NCBI GenBank assembly: GCA_963818455.1
Contig: CAWFSE010000010.1
Span: 106 to 64,105 of the forward strand
Length of the DNA stretch: 64,000 nucleotides
Direction: 5' to 3'
DNA from: an uncultured Actinomycetota bacterium
GTDB taxonomy: Bacteria > Actinomycetota > Actinomycetes > CAVWCF01
In this document: one piece after another, positions 36,315 to 45,566 of the stretch
Numbering within the stretch: position 1 is the stretch's first letter
Layout: every line of letters starts with the position of its first letter
Translations under genes and position numbers: made by a program
The notes under the pieces: model-generated
Told to the model about the DNA's origin: nothing
What the model saw: the letters and a program-made list of their open reading frames with translations, nothing else
Databases searched by the model: none

Positions 36315-38177
36315 GGCCGGGCCGGGCCGTTCGCGAGCGAACGCAGGACGCCGACCCGGCGTACGGCCGCGGAGAGCTCGGCGGCGAACGCCTCCCGCCG
36401 CCCGGCCAGCGCCTCGGCCGGCTCCCCGTCGGCGGGCTCCAGCAGCCCGCGGTTGCCGGCGAGCCGGTACGCGCCCCGGAAGAGGTCCTTCGACACCGAC
36501 TCCGGGCTGTGGATCTGCCGTTGCAGCACCCGCTGCTGGGCCACCCCGACGCACTCGGCGACCAGGTCGTCCTCGTCGACAGCGGCCGAGGGATCGGCCG
36601 CGGCGAGCCGGTCGGCCAGCACGGCGTACGCCTCGAGGAAGGGCGCGACGATCCGGTGCGCGAGCAGGAAGCGCGAGGCCGCCAGCCTCGCCCACGCCTC
36701 GTCCGCCGTCGGCATCGCCGACTCCCACCCGGGCAGGGCGATCTCGGCCTCGGCGCGCACCTCGGCGCCGAACTCCCGCTTGGTGGAGAAGAAGAACTCG
36801 TACTTCAGCAGGTCGCGCAGCCGCAGCGCCTCGACCCACACGGCGGCGGCCAGATCGGGCGCGTGGTCCTCCCCCGCCTTCACCAGAGCCAGCTCGACGA
36901 TCGAGCGGGTCACGAAGAAATGGCTCAGGGTGTTGCGGTAGAACGCGGCCTCGAGCTGGCGGTCGGCGGGGATCGCGAAGACCGGCTCGAGCCCGCCGTC
37001 GTACCGGGTGACGACGCCCTCGCGCACGAGGGTCGCCAGCGCGCGCACGCCCTCCGTCGGCGAGCGCTCCTCCAGCGTGTGGAGCGACTCGAGATGCAGC
37101 CCGGACGCCAGCGGCAGCCCCCGGGCGCGGATGTACTCGAGGATCGGCAGCACCGACGCGCGCATCTGCACCTCGGTCTGCGCCTGGTCGTCGTTGTCGA
37201 GCAGCGCCAGGGCGACCAAGGCCGGGGCGGTGATCGGGGTGATCTCGTTGATCCGGTGGCACACCTCGAACGCCACCCGCGGCACCGCCACCCGCACGTC
37301 CTGCGAGCCGGCCGCCGCCCGCGCCTCCGCCAGCGACGCCCGCAGCGACACCGGCTCGGCGAAGCGCACGTGCACCGTGCCGCGCCGGCTGCCCTGCGCG
37401 CGGGCGAAGTCGACGAGCCACCGAACGCTCTCCGGGGCCTTGGTGCCGCCCGACTCCTCGGCCGCGATCGCGCCGACCTCGTGCTGCTGGTCGTACACGA
37501 TCGACACCGGGACGAAGAGGACGTCGTCGACCCCGGACGCCTCGAACGCGTCGACCAGGTAGCTGAGGATGCCCATCCGCGGCGGGCGCAGCTTGCCGGT
37601 GCGGGTGCGGCCGCCCTCGATGTACCACTCGAGGTTGTCGCCCTCGCTGACGAGGTGGGCGAGGTACTCGCCCAGCATCGCGCGGTAGACCGGGTCGTCG
37701 CGGAACTGGCGGCGGATGAAGACGATGCTGCTGCGCCGCGCGATCGCGCCCATCGGGAAGAACGCGAGGTTGACCCCGCCGAGCACGTGGTTGGGCGGGA
37801 AGCCGGCCCGCGCGATGACCGACCGCACGACCAGCGGGTCGAGGTACGAGCGGTGGTTGGGCAGGAACACCAGCGGCGCCGTGCGGTTGCGCTCGCGCAG
37901 GTCGGCCAGCGTCGCCGGCGTCCGCGTCGAGCTGGTACGCCCGCGACATCCAGCGGCCCATCCGCGTCCACGCGTCCACGGCGCGGCGGCTCTGGCCGGC
38001 CGTCATCTCCTTGAGCGCCTCGACGGACTCCTCGCGCACCTGCGGCGCCGGTCGGCCGGTCTGCCCGGCGAGCCGCTCGACCGCGGCCGCGAACCGCTGC
38101 GAGCCGGTGATCTGCGCGAGCACCTCGCGCGGCGAGCGGAACAGGTGCTCGGGCGCGGCGCCGCCGATCTGGTCCAC
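36311..38177 (-). CDS. plsB: Glycerol-3-phosphate O-acyltransferase (frameshift at about 37920)
   Basis: FLPNHRSYLD, FIRR, YIEGGRTRTGKL, LRDLLKYEFFF. Confidence 0.88.
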
Positions 38178-38351
38178 GTGCAGACCCCTCTCCTCCGGCC
38201 GGGCTCGATCCGGTGACCGCACCCTAGGCCCGCCGCCGACGTGGTTGCCACGCAACCGGGCGCAGGTGCCGTACGGCCCTGCCGGCCCGCCGCGCGCGGA
38301 GGCCACGATGGAGGTCGAACGCCAGGCACCCCACGAGAGAGGGAGGCTGCG

Positions 38352-38558
38352 ATGTCGGACACCAGCAAGGCGGCCCGCAACGGCTCGGCCGCGGCGGCGG
38401 GCGGCGGCAACGCCGTCTACGGCCTCGGCCTGATCGGCGCGCTCGTCTACTACATCCAGGCGGCCGACGGGTTCTGGGAGATCCTGCTGGGCATCCTGCA
38501 GGCCCTGGTCTGGCCGGCGTTCCTGGTCTACGAGGCGTTCTCGGCGCTGCTCGGCTAG
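38352..38558 (+). CDS. Small conserved-type membrane protein
   Basis: GGAGG RBS. GGGNAVYGLGLIGALVYYIQAADGFWEILLGILQALVWPAFLVY. Confidence 0.8.
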   Translation: MSDTSKAARNGSAAAAGGGNAVYGLGLIGALVYYIQAADGFWEILLGILQALVWPAFLVYEAFSALLG

Positions 38559-39760
38559 GTGCCGCGCGGCGGCAGGGCCCGGCCGGAGCCGCCCTTGGAG
38601 CTGGTCAGGGCCGCCACGTCGACCGCCAGCGCCTCGGGCGCCAGCTCGTCCAGGCGGTGCAGCACGGCCAGCAGCCGTGCGGTGGCGAACGGCGACGGCG
38701 CCTTCTTCTGGCCGAACGAGTACGGCTCGAAGCCGCGGTACGTCGAGCGCGGCGCCACCCGGCCGTCCGCCCCCATGTTGTACGCGATCAGGCAGGCGGC
38801 GAGCTCGGCCAGCGCCCGGCGGTCGTCGGGGTCGGCCTGCGGCCCGCGCCACAGCGCCGGGTAGCGGCCGAGCGCGTCGAGCACGGCGTCCACGCGGTAC
38901 CAGGTGGGCGGCCACTTGACCGTCTTGAACTGCTTGCCGTGCCCGAACATGTACGGCTTGCGGTCGCCGCGCCGCCGCCACACGTCCAGCGACACCCGCG
39001 CCACGTCGAGCAGGCCAGGTGGCCGGTCGGGCTCCGGCAGCCGGGCGTACGCGCGCAGCGCCTCAAGGGTCACCTGCGGGCAGCAGTCGCCCGCGCGCCC
39101 GGGGCCGCGGAACCCGGTCGCCGGATCGCGCCGACACGGCCAGGCCCGCCCCTGGGCGGTGTCGGCCAGGTCGGCCGCCATCCGGTCCAGTCCGGCGCGC
39201 ACCCGCGGGTCCGCGCCGTGGCCGTACCGCACCAGCACCTCGACGATCGCGTGGCTGTCGCACAGCAGCGCGCCCCAGACCGGCTGATCGCCGCCGCGCA
39301 GCGGCGCGTACGACTGGAAGCGGCCCTCGCCGTCCTGGTGGCCGAGCATCTGCCCCAGCACGCGGTCGACGCGCGGATCGTCTCCGGCGCGTACGCCCAT
39401 GTCCGCGAGCAGGTTCAGCAGGTTCGGCGCGAACCGCGGGCTGTCGTGCCCGGAGAACGCCTCGCCGCCCTCCCAGTCCGGCAGCCGCTCGATCAGCTCG
39501 CGCGTCGTCGCGTCCGTCAGCGATGCCTGACGCGCCTGCTCCACACCGGACTTGTCTGGCGCAACGGAGCGCCCCCGCGTCGCCCCGCCAGACAGGTCGG
39601 AGGGGACGGCACACGAGGTGAGCAGCAGCCAGCGGGCGGCCGGCTCGCCGGACTCGAGGACCCAGGCGCGCGGGTCCGCCGAGAAGGCGGCGCCCCACGG
39701 CCACGGACTGCCCAGCGCAGCCCGGCCGGCGGGCTCCCGGACGATCTTGGACGGCCCCAC
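38555..39760 (-). CDS. Hypothetical protein (prenyltransferase/squalene-oxidase-like repeat fold suspected)
   Basis: Long ORF with HQDGEGRF, WPC, CPQVTLEALRA, KWPPTWY, FGQKKAPSPFAT. Start uncertain. Confidence 0.7.
   Translation of the reverse strand: MGPSKIVREPAGRAALGSPWPWGAAFSADPRAWVLESGEPAARWLLLTSCAVPSDLSGGATRGRSVAPDKSGVEQARQASLTDATTRELIERLPDWEGGEAFSGHDSPRFAPNLLNLLADMGVRAGDDPRVDRVLGQMLGHQDGEGRFQSYAPLRGGDQPVWGALLCDSHAIVEVLVRYGHGADPRVRAGLDRMAADLADTAQGRAWPCRRDPATGFRGPGRAGDCCPQVTLEALRAYARLPEPDRPPGLLDVARVSLDVWRRRGDRKPYMFGHGKQFKTVKWPPTWYRVDAVLDALGRYPALWRGPQADPDDRRALAELAACLIAYNMGADGRVAPRSTYRGFEPYSFGQKKAPSPFATARLLAVLHRLDELAPEALAVDVAALTSSKGGSGRALPPRGT
39549..39598. repeat. Palindromic (REP/MITE-like) element inside the CDS
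   Basis: GACTTGTCTGGCG (39549-39561) and CGCCAGACAGGTC (39586-39598) form 13-bp arms with one mismatch. Confidence 0.55.
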
Positions 39761-39917
39761 CTGGCCAGTCTCAACCTCGTCTCCCGACACCCGCCAGGGC
39801 CGATCGTCCGCCCTGCGCGGGAGGGGCCGGCGAGCCGAAGGCCTCTGGGACCACGGCTTCGCCGCGCCTAGCCTGAGGGTGGAGCCAGTTGGCCCGCTCT
39901 GGATCGAGGTGGCGGCC

Positions 39918-40571
39918 ATGACGTCGTCCCTGCGCAAAGTGCTCCTGATCGGATTGGCCGCTCTGCTCGTCGGCTCTGCGGCGGGGTGCGGGGGCGGTGA
40001 CAACGCCCAGCCCTCGGCGACGCCAAGCCCGTCGGCCCCAAGCGCCAGCCCCAGCCCGACTCCCTCGCCCACCCCTTCGCCAACACCGGCCCCCACTCCG
40101 TCCGCGACCCCGACCCCAGCGCCCGTGCCCCCGGGCTTCTCGACGGCGCGCGTGACCGGCGCCTCCCAAGGCCTCGGGTTGCTCACCGCGGTCCGCGTCG
40201 GCGCCCAGCCGGGCTTCGACCGGGTGGTGTTCGAGTTCGAGAGCGCCGTCCCCGGCTACTCCGTCGAGTACGTCCCGCTGCCGCTGATCGCCGACCCCTC
40301 GGGCCTCCCGGTCGCCATCCAGGGCGACCACGCGATCGGAGTCCGGATGGAGCCGGCGGCGTCGTACGACCCGTCCTCCGACCCGCTGCGGCTGACCTAC
40401 CTCGGGCCGACCCGGATCACGACGTCGCTGTCGGCGGTGCTCGAGGTGGTCAAGACCGGCGACTTCGAGGCGGTCCTGAACTGGGCCATCGGCGTCGACG
40501 GCAAGCAGCCGTTCAAGGTGACCGTGCTGCAGGGCCCGCCGCGCCTGGTCATCGACGTCGCGACCGCATAG
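39918..40571 (+). CDS. Lipoprotein with AMIN-like domain
   Basis: Lipobox SAAGC, PSPT linker, VRVGAQPGFDRVVFEF...PGYSVEY...GDFEAVLNWAIGV...PPRLVIDV. Confidence 0.82.
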   Translation: MTSSLRKVLLIGLAALLVGSAAGCGGGDNAQPSATPSPSAPSASPSPTPSPTPSPTPAPTPSATPTPAPVPPGFSTARVTGASQGLGLLTAVRVGAQPGFDRVVFEFESAVPGYSVEYVPLPLIADPSGLPVAIQGDHAIGVRMEPAASYDPSSDPLRLTYLGPTRITTSLSAVLEVVKTGDFEAVLNWAIGVDGKQPFKVTVLQGPPRLVIDVATA

Positions 40572-40612
40572 ACGTCGCGACCGCATTGCCGCCCGACGGC
40601 GGCGCCGCGTGG

Positions 40613-41167
40613 CTACTTGGCGTCGCGCTTGGCCTGCTTGCGGGCGCCCTTGGCCTGGACGGTGGCCTTGTGGGCCACCTTCGCCGGCGGCCGGAGGTCC
40701 TTGCGGCGGCCCTTCGGGCCGGCGGTGTCGGGGCTGGCGGCGGTCTTCGCCGCCGAGGACGACGAGGCCCGCGATGCGGCGCCCGCGGCCGCGCGGCCGG
40801 AGGTCTTCGTCTGCGCCCCACCCCGGGCCGTTCCCGCCGCCGCGAGCCGCTCGGCGCGCAGGGCGACAGCTGAGGCCCTGGCCGCGGCGGCGACGGCGCG
40901 GCTGACCCGGGCCAGGGCGTCCTCGAAGACCTCGGCGCGCTCGCGCACATGCTGGGGACTGACCCCCCGCTTGCCTCCGGCGCGGACGGCTGCGGCGCCC
41001 TGGCGGCGGTAGTTGCCGGAGTGCTTGTTGCGGGCCCGGCGCACCCGGGCGTGCAGGTCGAGCAGCCCGTCCTCGTCGAGGGCGGAGAGCCGCTTGGGGT
41101 CGGTCTCCATCAGCAGCTCAGCGTCCTTCGGCCCCACGAGGGCCAACTGCCGGCCGGTCACCGCCAT
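40613..41167 (-). CDS. Hypothetical basic protein
   Basis: GAAGGGAAG RBS. LDEDGLLDLHARVRRARNKHSGNYRRQ...KAKGARKQAKRD-like tail. Confidence 0.72.
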   Translation of the reverse strand: MAVTGRQLALVGPKDAELLMETDPKRLSALDEDGLLDLHARVRRARNKHSGNYRRQGAAAVRAGGKRGVSPQHVRERAEVFEDALARVSRAVAAAARASAVALRAERLAAAGTARGGAQTKTSGRAAAGAASRASSSSAAKTAASPDTAGPKGRRKDLRPPAKVAHKATVQAKGARKQAKRDAK

Positions 41168-41204
41168 TGCGTACTTCCCTTCGAGGACTTGGGTCTTCGT
41201 GCGA

Positions 41205-41605
41205 TCAGTCGCGGCGGTCGCGTGCCGCCTGGACGCCCATCTTCACCAAGATGAGCGGGATCAGCAGGGTGGCGAGCATGGTGACCAGCCAGACGATGAG
41301 CGAGGCGTACAGCCAGGTGGAGGCCCCGCTGATCGTCAGCCCGTCGCTGACGGTCGCGGCGACGAGCAGCGCCAGGAAGGTGCTGATCAGGCCGACCGCG
41401 CCCAGCAGGGCGGAGGCGTTCCGCGCCGTCACCTTGGCCAGGAAGGGCGCGAACAGCGACTGCAGCACCGTGAAGATCACGACAACCCAGAGGAACGACG
41501 GTGACCGACTCGATCGACATGTCCTCCAAGACGGCGTTGGCCACGAATGAGGCCGACGGCCGACGAGGCGAAGAAGATCGCCGCGCGCACCAGGAACCGA
41601 ATCAT
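41205..41605 (-). CDS. Phage-holin-superfamily IV-like 4-TM membrane protein (frameshifted)
   Basis: GGAGGAGAGG RBS. MIRFLVRAAIFFASSAVGLI...LLGAVGLISTFLALLVA...DGLTISG...LIVWLVT. Confidence 0.75.
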
Positions 41606-41703
41606 CTCGTCGTCCTCTCCTCCGGCAGGCCTGACCAGTTGCGGACACCCTAGGGCCGCCAGGGCTCGTCCACCGGGAGGTTCGCCCGGATGACGGCGCC
41701 GAA

Positions 41704-42082
41704 CTAGCCAGCGCAGTCGTACGCCTCGGCCAGCCAGCCGCGGACCTCGTCGTCCACGTCCTCGGGGGCGGCACAGCTCGAGGTGGTGCATCCAGATCGC
41801 CGGGGACGGATGCGCGACCTGCTTGAAGCGCGGCGACTCCAGCCGGCGCGGCAGCGCGATCGACAGCACCACCGGGGCCTGCGGGTGCGCCAGCCAGCGG
41901 CCGGGCCGCCAGACGTACGCGAAGCCGCGCCGGCGGCGGAACCCGATCTGGCTGACCGACACCCGCACCTCGCACGGGCCGCACGCGTCGATGGCCCCGC
42001 GCGCCGCCGCGTAGAGAGCCCAGCCCTCGGGGTGGGCGGCGAAGAACTCCTCCGGGGTGGTCGGGACCTCGTCGCCGGGCAT
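41704..42082 (-). CDS. DUF5655-like domain protein (frameshift near the C-terminus)
   Basis: VSQIGFRRRRGFAYVWRPGRWL...SPRFKQVAHPSPAIWMHHLE...DEVRGWLAEAY. Confidence 0.75.
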
Positions 42083-42130
42083 GACGCCGAGTCTGGCCGA
42101 GACCGGCCGGCCTTGCCCGGCCCAAAGCGA

Positions 42131-42158
42131 GAGGGAGCCCCCTGACGGGGGCTCCCTC
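42131..42158 (-). terminator. Intrinsic terminator hairpin
   Basis: Perfect 12-bp stem GAGGGAGCCCCC-TGAC-GGGGGCTCCCTC, followed on the minus strand by TCGCTTT. Confidence 0.8.
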
Positions 42159-42181
42159 CGCTGCGTGTGGCGCCTGGCGAC

Positions 42182-42217
42182 TTAGTCGTCCCAGGGACCG
42201 TAGTCCAGCTCGTTCAT
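42182..42217 (-). CDS. Putative 11-aa small peptide MNELDYGPWDD
   Basis: GAGAGGA SD 8 nt before ATG and TAA stop. It lies between a TACGGT -10 (42392-42387) and the terminator. Confidence 0.5.
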   Translation of the reverse strand: MNELDYGPWDD

Positions 42218-42419
42218 ACGAGTGTTCCTCTCACGTGCACCGCCGGTGCGCGCAGGCATGCGCGACTGCCGGGCGGGTCAAGATCTCGTGTTTCCTACTA
42301 CCTCGGCTCGTTTGGGCCTGGAGGTAAGGGGACCGGCAGCGCATCTTGAGGCGCGCCAGACAGCCTCGAAGCGGACTGTTGACATAACCGTAGCCGATCG
42401 GGCGCGCGAGCGCGAACCG

Positions 42420-43649
42420 TCACCCTCCCGGCCGGGGGTGGCCGACCGTGGCTCGGTAGGCGTTGACCGCCCGCAGCATGCCGATCCCGACCACGCCGAG
42501 GAGCTCGCCGCCGCGGTGGTAGCCGACCACGCACTCGTCGTCGAGGGCGCCTTCGAGCACCCGGATCCCGTCCGGGTCGGCCAGGCCCGGCATGCCGTAC
42601 GACTGCAGCCGGATGTCGTACTGGTCGGACCAGAAGGCCGGCAGCAGGTCCCAGTACGCGCCCACCGCCTCGTCGTAGCCGCTCCCCGCCAGGTGGGCCG
42701 CCAGCACCGCGCCGGCGCGGCGGCCGGTGTCGGTCGGGACGCTCCAGTGCTCAACGCGCCAGGCCCGCTCGTCGAAGCGCCGATTGGGGAAGCGGGCGAG
42801 GTCCCCGACCACCGCGACCCCGTCGACCGCGCGGTCGCCGCGCAACGGCCGGAGCGCGGTGTCGGTGAGCACGCCATCGCTGAGGTCGAGGCCGTTGCCG
42901 TCCAGGATGTCGGTGTTGGGCCGCGAGCCCAGCGCCTCGACCACGGCATCGGCCGGCAGCCGCGTCCCGTCGGCGAGCACGACGCCCTCGACCCGGCGCC
43001 CGCCGGCGAATTCGGAGACCCCCACGCCCAGGTGGAAGGCGACCCCCTGGGCCTCGTGCCGGCGCTGCAGCTCGGCCGCCAGCGCGGGGCCGAGGGGGCG
43101 GATCATCGGGCGCTCGTCGAGGGCGACGGCGTGCACCTCGCAGCCGAGCGTGCGCGCGGTCGCCGCGACCTCGCAGCCGATGAAGCCGGCGCCGAGGATG
43201 ACGACCCGCGAGCCGGGGACGAGCGCCGCGCGGAGCGCGACGGCGTCGTCGAGGGTGCGCACGACATGGCGGCCGCCGGCCGCATCCGGCGGCGGGCCGG
43301 GGATGGGCAGCCGCCTGGCGCTCACCCCGGTGGCCGCGACCAGCGCGTCGTACGCGATCACCTCGCCGCCGGCCAGCACCACCTCGCGGGCGTCGAGGTC
43401 GGCGTGCTCGGCGCGCACCCCCAGCCGCCACACCACATCGGCGGCGGCGGCGCGGATCCGGAACGCGAGCCGGTCGAACGAGGGCTCGTCGGCGAGGGCC
43501 TCTTTCGACAGCGGCGGCCGGCTGTAAGGCGGGTGCGGCTCATCGCCGACCACGACGATCTCGCCTGCGTAGCCGTTCGCCCGCAGCGACTCGGCCGCGC
43601 GCAGCCCGCCGAGCCCGGCCCCCACGATGAGGGCGCGCTGCGCGGTCAC
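42420..43649 (-). CDS. NAD(P)/FAD-dependent ferredoxin reductase-type oxidoreductase
   Basis: [46 protein letters not shown]. Confidence 0.92.
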   Translation of the reverse strand: MTAQRALIVGAGLGGLRAAESLRANGYAGEIVVVGDEPHPPYSRPPLSKEALADEPSFDRLAFRIRAAAADVVWRLGVRAEHADLDAREVVLAGGEVIAYDALVAATGVSARRLPIPGPPPDAAGGRHVVRTLDDAVALRAALVPGSRVVILGAGFIGCEVAATARTLGCEVHAVALDERPMIRPLGPALAAELQRRHEAQGVAFHLGVGVSEFAGGRRVEGVVLADGTRLPADAVVEALGSRPNTDILDGNGLDLSDGVLTDTALRPLRGDRAVDGVAVVGDLARFPNRRFDERAWRVEHWSVPTDTGRRAGAVLAAHLAGSGYDEAVGAYWDLLPAFWSDQYDIRLQSYGMPGLADPDGIRVLEGALDDECVVGYHRGGELLGVVGIGMLRAVNAYRATVGHPRPGG

Positions 43650-43674
43650 CTGCGTCGACGGGCCCCGGCGGCGG

Positions 43675-44864
43675 TCAGCCGCGGGCCCCCAGCAGGTGCT
43701 CGAGCGCCAGCTGGTTCAGCCGCACGAAGCCGTACCCGCGCTCCCCCACCGCGTCGGGGTTGTAGTCCTCCCACGCGGAGCGGTCGGCCAGCAGGTCCTC
43801 GTACGTCTCGCCGTCGTCGAGGGTCGGCGCGGCGAGCTCGGCCAGGCCGGAGAAGGCCATGGCCTCCTGCACCTCGGGGTCGGCGCGGAAGGCCTGCGCG
43901 CGCTCGCGCAGCAGGAGGTACGTCGCCATGTTGGCGGCGGCGGAGTCCCACACTCCGCCGATGTCCTCGGTGCGGGCGGGCTTGTAGTCGAAGTGCCGCG
44001 GGCCGTCGTACGCCGGGGCGCCGCCGGGGCCGTTCTCCAGCAGGTCGACGAGGAAGAACGCGCTGATCAGGTCGCCGTGGCCGAAGACGAAGTCCTGGTC
44101 GTACTTGATGCCGCGCTGGCCGTTGAGGTCGATGTGGAAGAGCTTGCCGTGCCAGAGCGCCTGGGCGACTGCCGTGGACGAAGTTCAGGCCGGCCATCTG
44201 CTCGTGCCCGACCTCGGGGTTCACCCCGACCATCTCCTGGTGCTCCAGCGTGGAGATGAACGCCAGGGCGTGCCCGACGGTCGGCAGCAGGATGTCGCCG
44301 CGCGGCTCGTTCGGCTTGGGCTCGAGGGCGAAGCGCAGGCCGTACCCGCGGTCGATGGAGTACTGCGCGAGCAGGTCGATGCCCTCGCGGTAGCGGTCGA
44401 GGGCCGAGCGGACGTCCTTGCTGGCGTCGAACTCCGAGCCCTCGCGGCCGCCCCAGAACACGTACGTGTGGGCGCCGAGCTCGGCGGCGAGGTCCATGTT
44501 GCGCATGACCTTGCGCAGGGCGTAGCGGCGGACGGTCGCGGTCGTTGGAGGTGAAGCCGCCGTCCTTGAAGACGGGGTGGCTGAACAGGTTGGTGGTGAC
44601 CATCGGCACCGCCATGCCGGTCTCGTCGAGGGCGGCGCGGAAGCGCTTGATCTGCGCGTCGCGGTCGGCCGCGGAGGAGCCGAACGGCACGAGGTCGTCG
44701 TCGTGGAAGGTCAGGCCGTACGCGCCGAGCTCGCTGAGCCGGTGCACCGCCTCGATCGGGTCGAGCGGCGGGCGGGTGGGGTCGCCGAACGGGTCGCGCG
44801 CCTGCCAGCCGACCGTCCAGAGGCCGAAGGTGAAGTGGTCGTCGCGGGTGGGCTGGGGCGCCAT
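43675..44864 (-). CDS. xylA: Xylose isomerase (actinobacterial class I), frameshifted
   Basis: [81 protein letters not shown]. Confidence 0.96.
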
Positions 44865-44937
44865 GGGGTCCTCCACTTCGTGGGGCCTGGCCGGGGCGGG
44901 AGGGGATCGCCCCGGCCGGCCGCACGCTCGTTGCCGA

Positions 44938-44960
44938 GTTTGTTGGGGGCGAAAACAAAC
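44938..44960. promoter_or_regulatory. Putative ROK-family XylR operator
   Basis: GTTTGTT-N9-AACAAAC palindrome upstream of xylA resembles xylO operators. Confidence 0.7.
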
Positions 44961-45054
44961 CCCTTGGACGCAGAGTACAACGGCGCGCCCCGCGGTGCCA
45001 GCCCCTCGCGTGCGCGCGCCCGTCGGGGCCGCGACGCCCGTACGCTCGGCTGCC

Positions 45055-45414
45055 GTGAGCGGCGGCCAGGACACCACCCCGATCGAGGGGCTGCCGCTGC
45101 GCCCGTACGGCTGCAAGCGCGGCCACCCGCAGCCGGCGCCGATCGGGCACCACCCGCGGCTCGGGCTGGTGCCGTCACGGTCGAGCACGGTCATCGGGGC
45201 CCTGCTGTGGGGCCTCGTGCTGTTCCTGGTCGCGCGGTTCCTGCCGGCGTGGGCGCTGGAGATCGCGCTGCTCGCCTCGCTGGCCGGGCTCGCGGTCGAC
45301 GTGGTGGTGCAGACCGCCGCCGGGCACCGCGGCTGGTGCTGGCTGCGGCGCGTCGTCCGCTGGTTCTTCGGCCCGATCGGCGCCCTGCTCGACCCCTTCG
45401 ACTCCGACGCCTAA
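45055..45414 (+). CDS. Hypothetical membrane protein
   Basis: TACGCT -10 shortly before GTG. Two TM segments, GHRGWCW. Confidence 0.55.
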   Translation: MSGGQDTTPIEGLPLRPYGCKRGHPQPAPIGHHPRLGLVPSRSSTVIGALLWGLVLFLVARFLPAWALEIALLASLAGLAVDVVVQTAAGHRGWCWLRRVVRWFFGPIGALLDPFDSDA

Positions 45415-45528
45415 CTCAACGGTTTAGGGCGAAACACGCGTTCTAACGTGTGACCCCCGCCTCAACCGTTGGGTTTGGGGGGTGGGGTTGCGCAAAGGGC
45501 GAAGCGCAGTACTGTCATGCGACAAGAG

Positions 45529-45547
45529 GGTGGAACGACGTTCCACC
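45529..45547. promoter_or_regulatory. Palindromic operator upstream of the MFS transporter
   Basis: GGTGGAACG-A-CGTTCCACC has perfect 9-bp arms. Its core recurs upstream of citA. Confidence 0.6.
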
Positions 45548-45566
45548 GGGGTGGGAGGAGCCCGTC

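Larger units (their letters stand above)
42124..42380 (-). ncRNA. Candidate structured small transcript (sRNA or long leader with sORF)
   Basis: -10 TACGGT, a run of consecutive hairpins, SD plus sORF, and a terminator. No long ORF with typical codon bias. Confidence 0.45.

Noticed and set aside
41205-41605. Holin-like gene as evidence of a prophage
   Set aside because: This family is commonly chromosomal in actinobacteria, and no integrase, capsid or lysin genes are nearby.
42124-42380. tmRNA interpretation (stop codon in a hairpin loop)
   Set aside because: There is no tRNA-like acceptor or T arm, the peptide has its own SD/ATG, and it does not end in the ALAA-type tag.
42278-42385. 35-aa ORF MSTVRFEAVW... 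on the minus strand
   Set aside because: Its ATG is 1 nt from the -10 box, upstream of the predicted TSS, and it has no SD and poor codon bias.
45431-45447. KstR-like box AAACACGCGTTCTAA
   Set aside because: It has two mismatches to TnnAACnnGTTnnA and no steroid-catabolic context, so it is too weak.
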